64,000 nucleotides of DNA from Candidatus Omnitrophota bacterium (GTDB taxonomy: Bacteria; Omnitrophota; Gorgyraeia; Gygaellales; Profunditerraquicolaceae): positions 12,737-76,736 of the forward strand of contig JBAZNT010000005.1 in NCBI GenBank assembly GCA_041649115.1, in the 5' to 3' direction. Of the stretch, positions 36,619 through 45,297 are shown in pieces. The notes under the pieces were generated by a model. That model did not search any database. It was given only the letters and a program-made list of their open reading frames with translations, and was not told the origin of the DNA. Both the position numbers and the translations under genes were made by a program. Every line of letters begins with the position of its first letter. Positions within the stretch are counted from its first letter, which is position 1.

Positions 36619-37770
36619 ATGTCTAAAGTTTATGTTAGGACTTTCGGATGTCAGATGAATGTGCGGGATTCGGAGGTGATCTCCGGGCTCCTTCATAAGG
36701 AGGGCTATCGGCTGGTTGATGAGGCTTCAGACGCAGACATCGTGATATTCAATACCTGTTCGGTCAGGCAGCATGCCGAGGATAAGGTCTGGAGTGAGGT
36801 AGGCCGTATTGCCAAAGCCGGCGGCAGGAACCGAAGGCCTATTATCGGGATTATAGGGTGCATGGCGCAGACGCACAAGGAGGGAGTGTTTACGTGCGCT
36901 CCGGAAGTGGATTTTGCGGCCGGACCTTCGGATATTCACCGGATTCCCGCGATCGTTAAGAGGTTATTGGAGAATAAAAAGACGCCGGCAGCAGGCAGGC
37001 TCTTTGAAGTGAAGATTTGGGAAACGGATTCGGCTTCGAGGCCGGAAGAAATCTATCATACTGCCTTGCGCCAGGATAAAGAGCATTCCTTCGTAGTGAT
37101 ATCGGAGGGTTGTTCTAATTTCTGTTCTTATTGCGTTGTGCCGTATGCCCGGGGTAGCCTGCGTCACAGGAGGCACGTGGATATCCTGCGAGAGATAAGG
37201 GAAATGCTTGATTCCGGCGTAAAGCTCATAACGCTGCTGGGTCAGAATGTGAATTCTTATTGTGACGATAATGTGGGGTTTATCGGGCTCTTGGAAGAAG
37301 TTAACCGCCTCAAAGGGCTTAAGGAATTTAGCTTTGTGACCTCCCACCCCCGCGATGCTACTCCGCGTTTGTTTGAGGCTATTGCCGGGCTGGATAAGCT
37401 CAAGAAATGCCTGCATCTTCCGGTGCAGTCCGGTTCAGACCGTATCCTTTCTCTGATGAACCGCGGCTACAGCAGATTTTTTTATTTGGATTTAGTGGAT
37501 AATTATCGTAAGATAGTAACAAAGGGGACTCTTACTACCGATATCATTGTGGGCTTCCCCGGGGAGACCGATAAGGATTTTAAGGATACCTATAATCTGG
37601 TAAAAGAGGTTGGTTTTGACTCCGCCTACATCTTTAAGTATTCCCCGCGCCCGCATACAAAGGCATTGGAGTTTGAAGATAACGTAGCCCAGCAAGAAAA
37701 GGAGAGGAGGCACCGCTTGGTTTTAGAATTACAGAAAGATATCTCCCGCAAGAAAAGCAGGAAGATATGA
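36619..37770 (+). CDS. miaB: MiaB-like radical-SAM methylthiotransferase lacking the C-terminal TRAM domain
   Basis: MSKVYVRTFGCQMN (UPF0004 domain), radical-SAM CSNFCSYCVVP, and FKYSPRPHT. The protein ends ~25 aa later, where TRAM normally begins. Confidence 0.85.
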   Translation: MSKVYVRTFGCQMNVRDSEVISGLLHKEGYRLVDEASDADIVIFNTCSVRQHAEDKVWSEVGRIAKAGGRNRRPIIGIIGCMAQTHKEGVFTCAPEVDFAAGPSDIHRIPAIVKRLLENKKTPAAGRLFEVKIWETDSASRPEEIYHTALRQDKEHSFVVISEGCSNFCSYCVVPYARGSLRHRRHVDILREIREMLDSGVKLITLLGQNVNSYCDDNVGFIGLLEEVNRLKGLKEFSFVTSHPRDATPRLFEAIAGLDKLKKCLHLPVQSGSDRILSLMNRGYSRFFYLDLVDNYRKIVTKGTLTTDIIVGFPGETDKDFKDTYNLVKEVGFDSAYIFKYSPRPHTKALEFEDNVAQQEKERRHRLVLELQKDISRKKSRKI

Positions 37771-38525
37771 AAAAAACGCTTTGCCTGGCAGTCATTATCT
37801 TTGCGCTATTCATTTCGGATGCATACGCCATTAACCTGGATAAGATGAAGGTTTATCTTATGAGCGGGGATTATAAATCCGCGATTTCCGAAGGCGAAAG
37901 GCTCATAGCCGTCAGCGGGCGCGGCTACGGCGCAGACGAATTATATTATCTTTTGGGCTTAAGTTATCTAAAAGACGGCAACTACCTGCGCGCCTCGGAT
38001 ATTTTTGAAATCATCATTAAGGAATTCAATAAAAGCAGCTTCAAGGAGGCTGCCATGGTAGGGGCAGGGGATTCTTATTTCCTGAAAGGCGATTATCGCC
38101 TGGCCATGGAAAATTATCGCAGGATAGTATCGGATTATCCGCATGGTAAATTCAAGGCCCTCGCCTATTCAAGATTAGCGCAATGCGCTGCCAAGAGCGG
38201 AGATATTGCCCTTGCCAGCGATTACGAGGAGAAGTTGAAGCAGGAATTCCCGCTGCATAAGCCATCAGCGCTTTCCTGCGATTTCCCTCTCTCGGGAGAG
38301 TTTTATTATTGCGTACAGACCGGTTCATTTTTAAGCAAGGCCAACGCCAGCAATCTCGTCAGCAGGCTTAAGCAAAAGGGTTATCCCGCGTACCTTGAGG
38401 CCTCGTCGCTTGATAATAAAACCATATACCGCGTTAAGGTAGGTAAGCTTCAGAGTCGCCAAGAGGCATTGAAACTGGAAGATAAACTTTCCGGCGAAGG
38501 ATATCCCACGAAGGTATGCCCTTAA
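37767..38525 (+). CDS. Secreted TPR (YbgF-like) + SPOR domain protein
   Basis: Signal peptide MKKTLCLAVIIFALFISDAYA and TPR-like helices. The C-terminal SPOR region is YYCVQTGSFLSKANASNLVSRLKQKGYPAYL...YRVKVGKLQSRQEALKLEDKL. Confidence 0.75.
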   Translation: MKKTLCLAVIIFALFISDAYAINLDKMKVYLMSGDYKSAISEGERLIAVSGRGYGADELYYLLGLSYLKDGNYLRASDIFEIIIKEFNKSSFKEAAMVGAGDSYFLKGDYRLAMENYRRIVSDYPHGKFKALAYSRLAQCAAKSGDIALASDYEEKLKQEFPLHKPSALSCDFPLSGEFYYCVQTGSFLSKANASNLVSRLKQKGYPAYLEASSLDNKTIYRVKVGKLQSRQEALKLEDKLSGEGYPTKVCP

Positions 38526-39436
38526 AAAAAATTATTTTTCTGGTAGGCCCTACTGCCAGCGGCAAGAGCGCGGCAGCTGTTTGCCTGGCCAGGCAGCTGG
38601 GCGCCGAAATTATCTCCTGCGATTCCATGCAGGTCTATCGCGGGATGGACATCCTTACCTCCAAGCCTTCCCTCGCGTTAAGAAGGCAGATACCCCACCA
38701 TCTTATCGGATTCCTGGCTCCTTCAGAGGGGTATGATGTTTCAGAATACCGCCGCGATGCGCTTGCCGCAATAAAGACAATTTTTAAAAATGGCAAAACG
38801 CCGCTTTTTGCAGGAGGCACGGGACTCTACCTTTCGGTACTGGTTGACGGTATATTTAAGCTAAAGCCGCCAAAGATCTCTTTGCGCAAGGGACTCTACC
38901 GGCAGGCAGAAATAAAAGGCAGCCTTTATCTATATAACCGCCTTAAAAAGATTGACCCTGAAGCAGCCGCGCGTATCCACCCTAATGATACGCGCAGGCT
39001 GGTGCGGGCACTCGAGATTTTTGAGGCTACCGGTAAGCCTATCTCGGAATTGCAGAAACAGAGGAGGGGCCTGGATAAAGAATATGATATCAGGATTTTC
39101 TGCCTTGATATGCCGCGGGATGAGCTTTATCGTAGGATTGACAGGCGGGTAGAGGATATGTTTAAAAACGGCGCGTTGAAGGAAGCCAAGAAACTCCTGG
39201 CTTTAAAATTAAGCCGTACCGCCGGGGTAGCAATAGGATTAAAGGAGATAAAAGGATATCTTGATGGCCTCTATGATCTGGAGGAAGCCAAGCGCCTGAT
39301 GCAGCGCAACAGCAGGCGTTATGCCAAGAGGCAATTGACTTGGTTTCGAAAAGACAGGCGCATCAGGTGGATTAAGATAAAGGGCAGCGAGCGGGCCTGC
39401 GATGTTGCCCGGCGCATATTAAAGGAGATTAAATAG
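38516..39436 (+). CDS. miaA: tRNA dimethylallyltransferase
   Basis: P-loop LVGPTASGKS, followed by ISCDSMQVYRGMDILTSKP, PHHLIGF and GGTGLY. Confidence 0.93.
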   Translation: MPLKKIIFLVGPTASGKSAAAVCLARQLGAEIISCDSMQVYRGMDILTSKPSLALRRQIPHHLIGFLAPSEGYDVSEYRRDALAAIKTIFKNGKTPLFAGGTGLYLSVLVDGIFKLKPPKISLRKGLYRQAEIKGSLYLYNRLKKIDPEAAARIHPNDTRRLVRALEIFEATGKPISELQKQRRGLDKEYDIRIFCLDMPRDELYRRIDRRVEDMFKNGALKEAKKLLALKLSRTAGVAIGLKEIKGYLDGLYDLEEAKRLMQRNSRRYAKRQLTWFRKDRRIRWIKIKGSERACDVARRILKEIK

Positions 39437-40695
39437 TGGAGCGTGCACTCCTGGTAAGCATAAAGATGGATCCCGTAAATAAGGGCTGGCGGCTGGATGA
39501 TATTGCCATGGAGCTAGAGGAGCTTGTAGGGGCATGCGGGGTTGAGATCGTTGATAACATTACCTATGTCTGTAGGGCGCCTACGCCTGACCTTCTAATC
39601 GGCAGGGGAAAATGCCAGGAGATAGCCTTGTTTTGCGAGGAGAAAGGCGTTGATACGGTAATTTTTAGCCATGACCTTTCCGGGGTGCAGCAGCGCAACC
39701 TTGAAGAGATTATATCCCGTAAGACCATTGACCGCACGCAGCTTATTCTTGATATCTTTGCCCGCCGCGCCAAGAGCATTGAGGGGAGGATGCAGGTAGA
39801 GTTGGCGCAGTTAAAATACCTCCTGCCGCGTTTGACCGGCAAAGGCGTTATACTTTCGCGCCTGGGAGGAGGCATTGGAACGCGCGGGCCGGGGGAGCAG
39901 AAACTGGAGGTTGACCGCCGCTCTATCAGGAGGAAGATAGACAAGCTCAATGACGACCTGAAGCACTTAATGATACACCGCCAGACATTACGGAAGAAGA
40001 GGCAGAGCAACTCCGTGCCTTCGGTGGTATTGGTAGGTTATACCAATGCCGGTAAATCCACGCTCTTAAACGCCCTTACCAGCGCAGGCCAGGTTACTGC
40101 CGATACTCTCTTTACTACTCTCGACCCCTTATCGCGCAGCCTGGTTTTGGGTAACGGCGAGCATGTTGTAATCTCAGATACCGTAGGGTTCCTGCATGAG
40201 CTCCCTCATCATCTTATCGAGGCATTCAGGGCGACGTTAGAGGAGGTAACCGAAGCGGATCTATTGATACATGTCCTGGACGTAAGCCACCATAAGGTTT
40301 ACGACCACTATCAGTCAGTAATTGAGGTATTAAGGGAGCTTGACTCCAATAAAAAGCCGGTCATCATTGCTCTTAACAAGACCGACCTGGTAGATGATAG
40401 TATATGGCTTAACAAGCTTTCGCAGGATTTTCATGATTCGGTCTTGATTTCGGCAAAGATGAAAAACGGGCTGGATTCTTTGCTTCATAGGATAGCGCAG
40501 AAATTTACCAGCCGGATGATTTGTTTTGACGGGATTGTCCAGCATGACCGCATGGAATTGATAGACCTGTTTTATCGTGAGGGGAAGGTGGAGGAAATAG
40601 AATACCTTGAAAAAGGGGTTAAAGTAAAAGCACACTTGCCAAAAGCCCTTTATAATAAGTTGTTTAATAACAATAACTTAAAACATCAAAAATGA
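39436..40695 (+). CDS. hflX: GTPase HflX
   Basis: HflX N-domain RTQLILDIFARRAKSIEGRMQVELAQLKYLLPRL and GPGEQKLEVDRR. G-domain motifs GYTNAGKST, DTVGF, NKTD. GTG start. Confidence 0.93.
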   Translation: MERALLVSIKMDPVNKGWRLDDIAMELEELVGACGVEIVDNITYVCRAPTPDLLIGRGKCQEIALFCEEKGVDTVIFSHDLSGVQQRNLEEIISRKTIDRTQLILDIFARRAKSIEGRMQVELAQLKYLLPRLTGKGVILSRLGGGIGTRGPGEQKLEVDRRSIRRKIDKLNDDLKHLMIHRQTLRKKRQSNSVPSVVLVGYTNAGKSTLLNALTSAGQVTADTLFTTLDPLSRSLVLGNGEHVVISDTVGFLHELPHHLIEAFRATLEEVTEADLLIHVLDVSHHKVYDHYQSVIEVLRELDSNKKPVIIALNKTDLVDDSIWLNKLSQDFHDSVLISAKMKNGLDSLLHRIAQKFTSRMICFDGIVQHDRMELIDLFYREGKVEEIEYLEKGVKVKAHLPKALYNKLFNNNNLKHQK

Positions 40696-40732
40696 TAACT
40701 ATTAGATTATCTAATAAAAAATATCAATTTAC

Positions 40733-40761
40733 TTGACAAAAAGATTATTTTATGTTATAGT
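40733..40761 (+). promoter_or_regulatory. Putative sigma70-type promoter of the hspR-like gene / clpB
   Basis: TTGACA-17 nt-TATAGT. The perfect palindrome ATTAGAT-T-ATCTAAT lies at 40701-40715, just upstream. Confidence 0.55.
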
Positions 40762-40786
40762 TTGTTCTATGTATGAGGAGTAAGAT

Positions 40787-41047
40787 ATGCCTCTTTTTGA
40801 TATCTACATTAGCCCGGATGAGCCGGTTTATGTAATCAGCGTCGTAAGCAAGTTGGTCAGTTTGCCGGTCTGGACATTGCGGCAGCTCGATAAAAAAGGG
40901 GTTGTTTGTCCTAAAAGGGCAGGCAGAAAAAGCAGGCTTTATTCTTTGAAGGATGTAAAAAAATTGGAATACGTTCATTACCTTATGAATGAAAAGGGCG
41001 TCAATATCCACGGAGTAAAGATTATTCTGCAAAAGGAAGGGGAGTAA
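40787..41047 (+). CDS. MerR-family HTH regulator, HspR-like (short, 86 aa)
   Basis: MerR-type HTH YVISVVSKLVSLPVWTLRQLDKKGVVCPKR..RLYSLKDVKKLEYVHYLMNEKGVNIHGVKIIL. It sits directly upstream of clpB, as HspR does in several phyla. Confidence 0.7.
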   Translation: MPLFDIYISPDEPVYVISVVSKLVSLPVWTLRQLDKKGVVCPKRAGRKSRLYSLKDVKKLEYVHYLMNEKGVNIHGVKIILQKEGE

Positions 41048-41065
41048 TATTTTTTTGTCTTATCT

Positions 41066-41092
41066 TTAGCGCTCTTCGGCAGTGAGTGCTAA
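41066..41092 (+). promoter_or_regulatory. CIRCE operator (HrcA binding site) upstream of clpB
   Basis: TTAGCGCTC-ttcggcagt-GAGTGCTAA has 1 mismatch to the consensus TTAGCACTC-N9-GAGTGCTAA. It lies 20 nt before ATG 41112. Confidence 0.8.
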
Positions 41093-41111
41093 TTAAGCGG
41101 GGAGAGGCGTT

Positions 41112-43697
41112 ATGAAGATCGATAAGCTTACCGTAAAATTACAGGAGGCGATCCAGGCCGCAATCGAATTGGCTTTAGAAAAAGGCCACCAGCAACTGGA
41201 GCCGGAACATCTCCTCTATGCCTTGTTAAGGCAGGAGGATAGTATCGTGACCGCAGTATTTGACGAGAGCGGGATGCCGACTTTTACGGTCTTGAAGGTA
41301 ATTGAGGGATACCTGTCCGGTTTGCCTTCGGTGCGCGGGACGGCCGGGGATGTCCGTTTTTCCGGACGCACCAATGCGCTTTTTCTGGCCGCCAAGAAGG
41401 AGGCCCTGGCGCTGCGCGATGAGTTTATCTCCGGAGAGCACGTCTTTTTGGCTTTATTTTCGGATTCCCAATCAGCGGTGATTGCGGAATTTAAAAAGTT
41501 GGGCATTGACCGTGAAAGAGTCCTTTTGGCAATCAGCCGGGTGCGGGGCGACCATCGCATTACTGACGAGAATCCCGAAGCTAAATTTAAGGCCTTGGAT
41601 AGATACGGCCATGATATTACCGAGTTGGCGCGCAGAATGAAGCTTGATCCGGTTATCGGAAGGGACAGGGAAATACGCAGGCTGATGCAGGTATTGTCGC
41701 GGCGCACCAAGAATAATCCTGTCCTGATAGGAGAGGCCGGCGTCGGTAAAACCGCGATAGTGGAGGGCCTGGCGCAACGTATCGCATCCAGCGATGTCCC
41801 CGAAGGGTTAAAGAATAAGCGCATAATCTCCCTGGATCTGGGGAGCCTGGTTGCCGGAACCAAATTCCGCGGAGAATTTGAAGACCGCCTTAAGGCAGTA
41901 TTGAAAGAGGTGCAGAACAGGAGCGGAGAGGTAATCATTTTTATAGATGAGTTGCACACTATTGTCGGAGCCGGTGCGGCAGAAGGCGCTATCGACGCAT
42001 CGAATATGTTAAAGCCGATGCTTGCGCGGGGGCAGTTGCGTTGTATCGGAGCTACTACCCTTGAAGAGTACCGCAAATACATAGAGAAGGACCGCGCCCT
42101 GGAGAGGAGGTTCCAGCCGGTATTCATAGAGGAGCCGACGGTAGAAGATACCATTGCCATACTGCGCGGCTTAAAAGAGAAATACGAATTGCACCACGGG
42201 GTGCGCATCAAAGATTCTGCCTTGATTGCTGCGGCAACGCTTTCCAACCGCTATATTAGCGAACGCCGTCTTCCGGATAAAGCAGTGGATCTTGTGGATG
42301 AGGCTGCCTCAAGGATACGCATTGAGATTGACAGCATGCCTCTTGAGATTGACAGCGTTCAGAGAAAGGTTATGCAGCTTGAGATTGAGCGGCAGGCGCT
42401 CAAGAAAGAAAAAGATAAGGCCTCGGAGGAGAAGCTTAAAAAAATAGAAACCGAGTTGGATGTCCTTAGGAATAAGCTTGAACACAGCAAGAAGCAGTGG
42501 GAAAAAGAAAAGGCCCAGATACTGAAGATACAGGAGGCCAAGGCCGGGATAGAAGAATTAAAAAACGAGGCCCAGGCCGCGGAAAAGGTCGGGGATTTGG
42601 ATAGGGTAGCCGAAATAAAATACGGCAGGTTAAGAGATTTAGAAAAAGAGCTCCACAAATATAACCAGGCCCTGGAGAAGGATTCGGTAATGCTCAGGCA
42701 GGAGGTCGGGGATGAAGATATCGCTTCCGTAGTCTCGGAATGGACCGGTATTCCATTGACAAAGCTTATGGAGGCAGAGGCGCAAAAGCTGATTCGCATG
42801 GAGGATGAGCTTAAGGCGCGGGTAATAGGGCAGGATGAGGCGGTTAAAACCGTCTCCGCTGCCATAAGAAGGGCGCGTTCCGGGCTCGGGGACGAAAACA
42901 GGCCGATGGGGTCGTTTATATTCCTCGGTCCTACCGGCGTAGGCAAGACCAAGCTTGCCAAGACATTGGCCTGGTTTTTATTTGACGATGAGGATGCCCT
43001 TTTGCGCTTTGACATGTCGGAGTATATGGAAAAATTCAGCGTCTCGCGCCTCATCGGAGCCCCTCCGGGATATGTCGGTTACGAGGAAGGGGGCCAGCTT
43101 ACGGAAAAAGTCAGGCGCAGGCCTTATTCCGTCATCCTGCTGGATGAAATAGAGAAGGCGCATCCCGATGTCTTTAACGTGCTTTTGCAAATCTTAGACG
43201 AAGGCAGACTCACCGACGGACAGGGGCGCACCGTTAATTTCAAGAATACGGTAATCATCATGACCTCGAATATCGGACAGGAGCTTATCCAGGATAATAT
43301 TGATGCCGCTCAGGAGAGTTCTTATAAAGAGCTCAGGGATAAGTTGATGCTGGAGGTCAGAAAATTCTTCCGGCCGGAGTTCATCAACCGCATTGACGAT
43401 ACCGTTATCTTCAATCCATTGTCCAGGGATGATATTTACAGAATTCTGGAATTGGAGCTGGAGTCTGTTTACCGCAGGTTATCCCAGCGCGGGGTTAAAC
43501 TGGAATTGACTAAAAAGGCCAAGGATTTTCTGGTGGCAGAGGGCTTTGACAGTCATTTCGGCGCCCGGCCTTTAAAGAGGGCAGTGCAGAGATACGTGCA
43601 GGATCCCTTAGCGATTAGGCTCCTGGAGGGCGCATTCCGCGAAGGTGATAAAGTCAAGGTTGATGCCGATTCGCACGGCGCACTCTCCTTTAAGTAG
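41112..43697 (+). CDS. clpB: ATP-dependent chaperone/disaggregase ClpB
   Basis: 861 aa with a Clp_N domain and two AAA+ modules ([17 protein letters not shown]; [19 protein letters not shown]). A long coiled-coil middle domain is present. Confidence 0.97.
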   Translation: MKIDKLTVKLQEAIQAAIELALEKGHQQLEPEHLLYALLRQEDSIVTAVFDESGMPTFTVLKVIEGYLSGLPSVRGTAGDVRFSGRTNALFLAAKKEALALRDEFISGEHVFLALFSDSQSAVIAEFKKLGIDRERVLLAISRVRGDHRITDENPEAKFKALDRYGHDITELARRMKLDPVIGRDREIRRLMQVLSRRTKNNPVLIGEAGVGKTAIVEGLAQRIASSDVPEGLKNKRIISLDLGSLVAGTKFRGEFEDRLKAVLKEVQNRSGEVIIFIDELHTIVGAGAAEGAIDASNMLKPMLARGQLRCIGATTLEEYRKYIEKDRALERRFQPVFIEEPTVEDTIAILRGLKEKYELHHGVRIKDSALIAAATLSNRYISERRLPDKAVDLVDEAASRIRIEIDSMPLEIDSVQRKVMQLEIERQALKKEKDKASEEKLKKIETELDVLRNKLEHSKKQWEKEKAQILKIQEAKAGIEELKNEAQAAEKVGDLDRVAEIKYGRLRDLEKELHKYNQALEKDSVMLRQEVGDEDIASVVSEWTGIPLTKLMEAEAQKLIRMEDELKARVIGQDEAVKTVSAAIRRARSGLGDENRPMGSFIFLGPTGVGKTKLAKTLAWFLFDDEDALLRFDMSEYMEKFSVSRLIGAPPGYVGYEEGGQLTEKVRRRPYSVILLDEIEKAHPDVFNVLLQILDEGRLTDGQGRTVNFKNTVIIMTSNIGQELIQDNIDAAQESSYKELRDKLMLEVRKFFRPEFINRIDDTVIFNPLSRDDIYRILELELESVYRRLSQRGVKLELTKKAKDFLVAEGFDSHFGARPLKRAVQRYVQDPLAIRLLEGAFREGDKVKVDADSHGALSFK

Positions 43698-43753
43698 AAA
43701 CACTTTCCCGATTAGCTCGGAAAGTGTTTTCGCTTTGGGTTGGAAAGTGTTTC
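43697..43753. repeat. Hairpin plus third-copy repeat (GAAACACTTTCC word) abutting the clpB stop; same architecture as the GAGACG repeats; likely terminator
   Basis: gaaacactttcc (43697-43708) pairs with ggaaagtgtttt (43719-30). The linker cgctttggg follows, then a second ggaaagtgtttc (43742-53). The linker CGCTTTRGG is shared with the elements at 1525-1533 and 10668-10676. Confidence 0.7.
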
Positions 43754-43758
43754 TGTGG

Positions 43759-43786
43759 TTGACAAAGCAGGCAGTTGTGTTAAAAT
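43759..43786 (+). promoter_or_regulatory. Putative sigma70-type promoter of hrcA-grpE-dnaK-dnaJ
   Basis: TTGACA-16 nt-TAAAAT, immediately followed by a CIRCE element. Confidence 0.6.
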
Positions 43787-43792
43787 GACCAC

Positions 43793-43819
43793 TTAGCATT
43801 CTTCTCTTGAGAGTGCTAA
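43793..43819 (+). promoter_or_regulatory. CIRCE operator upstream of hrcA
   Basis: TTAGCATTC-ttctcttga-GAGTGCTAA has 1 mismatch to the consensus. It overlaps the predicted transcription start region. Confidence 0.85.
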
Positions 43820-43843
43820 CCACATAAATAAGAGAGGGTTTAT

Positions 43844-44581
43844 ATGGTAAGGAGCACGGATTACGAGTCGCGGCGCAGGGCAGTTCTGGCAGCAACCATC
43901 AACCGCTATATCAAAGACGCTACGCCTGTGGCATCCGATAATATTGCAGAAGAATTCCACGTAAGCCCGGCTACCATCAGGAACATCTTCGCGGAGCTGG
44001 AAGGGGACGGTTATATCACGCATCCCTATACCTCCGGCGGAAGGATACCTACCAATAAGGGGTACCGTTATTACGTTGATTTTCTGCTTTCGGAGATACA
44101 TCTTTTAGGCGAAGAGAAGGATAGCATTGTAAAGGAATACCGCAGCCAGATCAGAAAGCTGGAAGATGTGCTGGAGAAGACCTCGGAGATTATTTCCAGC
44201 ATTACCCATTACGCCGGGATTGTATCTTTCCTGGAATGGCATGATAGACTTTTTTATCGCGGGATAAGTTTTATCCTGGAGCAGCCGGAGTTTCAGGACG
44301 TCACCCGGATGCGCCTTCTCATCAATATGATTGAAGGCAAGAAAAGCCTCCTGGATATCGTAAACCGCGATTTTGAAGGTAAGGTTAAGGTGTATATCGG
44401 AGAAGAGTTAGGCCACCCCGAGATAAAAAATTGTTCCCTTGCGGTTTCGAGTTATTCCGTCAAGAAGAAGCCTTCCGGGAGAGTGGCGGTTCTCGGCCCG
44501 ATGCGAATGGAATATCGGCACATCATACCGACCCTGGAATACGTCTCGGATGTTTTGACGGAGGCGCTGGAGGATATCTGA
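43844..44581 (+). CDS. hrcA: Heat-inducible transcription repressor HrcA (short form, 245 aa)
   Basis: ESRRRAVLAATINRYIKDATPVASDNIAEEFHVSPATIRNIFAELEGDGYITHPYTSGGRIPTNKGYRYYVD. It lies upstream of grpE-dnaK-dnaJ and downstream of a CIRCE element. Confidence 0.85.
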   Translation: MVRSTDYESRRRAVLAATINRYIKDATPVASDNIAEEFHVSPATIRNIFAELEGDGYITHPYTSGGRIPTNKGYRYYVDFLLSEIHLLGEEKDSIVKEYRSQIRKLEDVLEKTSEIISSITHYAGIVSFLEWHDRLFYRGISFILEQPEFQDVTRMRLLINMIEGKKSLLDIVNRDFEGKVKVYIGEELGHPEIKNCSLAVSSYSVKKKPSGRVAVLGPMRMEYRHIIPTLEYVSDVLTEALEDI

Positions 44582-44585
44582 TATT

Positions 44586-45185
44586 ATGCAGGACCATGCT
44601 AAGGAGCACGGCGATAACGCCAGACACAAGAAAGACGAGGCCCTTAAGGAAGAGAAGGGCTTAAAGGAAGATAGGTCCGTTACCATCAAGGAAGAGGATT
44701 ACCTCAAACTCAAGGAGGAAGCGGAGAAGTCCAGGGAGTATTGGGATAGGCTGCTTAGGCTGCAGGCGGATTTTGACAATACCCGCAAGCGCCTTGAAAG
44801 AGAAAAACAGGATTTTGTTAAGTTTGCCAACGAGGGGCTGATACTTGAGCTCCTTAATGTATTGGATGACCTGGAGCGCACCGTAGAATCGGCGCAATCC
44901 AGGCATCAGGATGTCACGGCATTCCTCAAAGGCGTGGAGATGATACTGGCGCATCTCTACGAGATGCTTAAGGAACACGGCGTCAGGCCGATGGAGTCGC
45001 TGGGCAAGGTCTTTGACCCCGATTATCATGAGGCGTTGATGCAGGCAGAAGACAAGGATCTGCCGGAACACACAATTGTTGAAGAGTTGCAAAAGGGTTA
45101 TCTTTTAAACGACAGGGTCATCAGGACCGCGAAGGTAAAGGTTTCCAAAAATACATCCGTGCCCGGCGAGGGCGATAAAAAATAA
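44586..45185 (+). CDS. grpE: Nucleotide exchange factor GrpE
   Basis: RLQADFDNTRKRLEREK, LLNVLDDLERT, and FDPDYHEALMQ...VIRTAKVKV. Confidence 0.93.
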   Translation: MQDHAKEHGDNARHKKDEALKEEKGLKEDRSVTIKEEDYLKLKEEAEKSREYWDRLLRLQADFDNTRKRLEREKQDFVKFANEGLILELLNVLDDLERTVESAQSRHQDVTAFLKGVEMILAHLYEMLKEHGVRPMESLGKVFDPDYHEALMQAEDKDLPEHTIVEELQKGYLLNDRVIRTAKVKVSKNTSVPGEGDKK

Positions 45186-45297
45186 ATTAAAGCATCCCGC
45201 GCTAAGGGGCACCTGGCCCGGATAGGAATTTGGCCAGTATCCCCCCCGTGGCGAAAATTGCGCGGGTGTTGTCTACGTGGATAAGGAGGACTAAGAG

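Noticed and set aside
40701-40715. Searched the hspR-like/clpB upstream regions for the HspR operator HAIR (CTTGAGT-N7-ACTCAAG).
   Set aside because: - No match was found.
- Only the unrelated dyad ATTAGAT-T-ATCTAAT is present, so I do not annotate a HAIR site.
- The dyad is mentioned only as a candidate operator in the heat-shock finding.
41216-42247. Long minus-strand ORFs antisense to well-supported genes: 343 aa opposite clpB; also 9255-10169 opposite the BNR gene, 51394-52380 opposite the ABC ATPase, 47305-48006 opposite dnaJ, and 42359-43054 opposite clpB.
   Set aside because: - The sense genes carry unmistakable conserved motifs.
- The antisense ORFs are Ser/Arg/Pro-rich shadow frames without ribosome-binding sites.
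- Such frames are a common artefact of codon bias.
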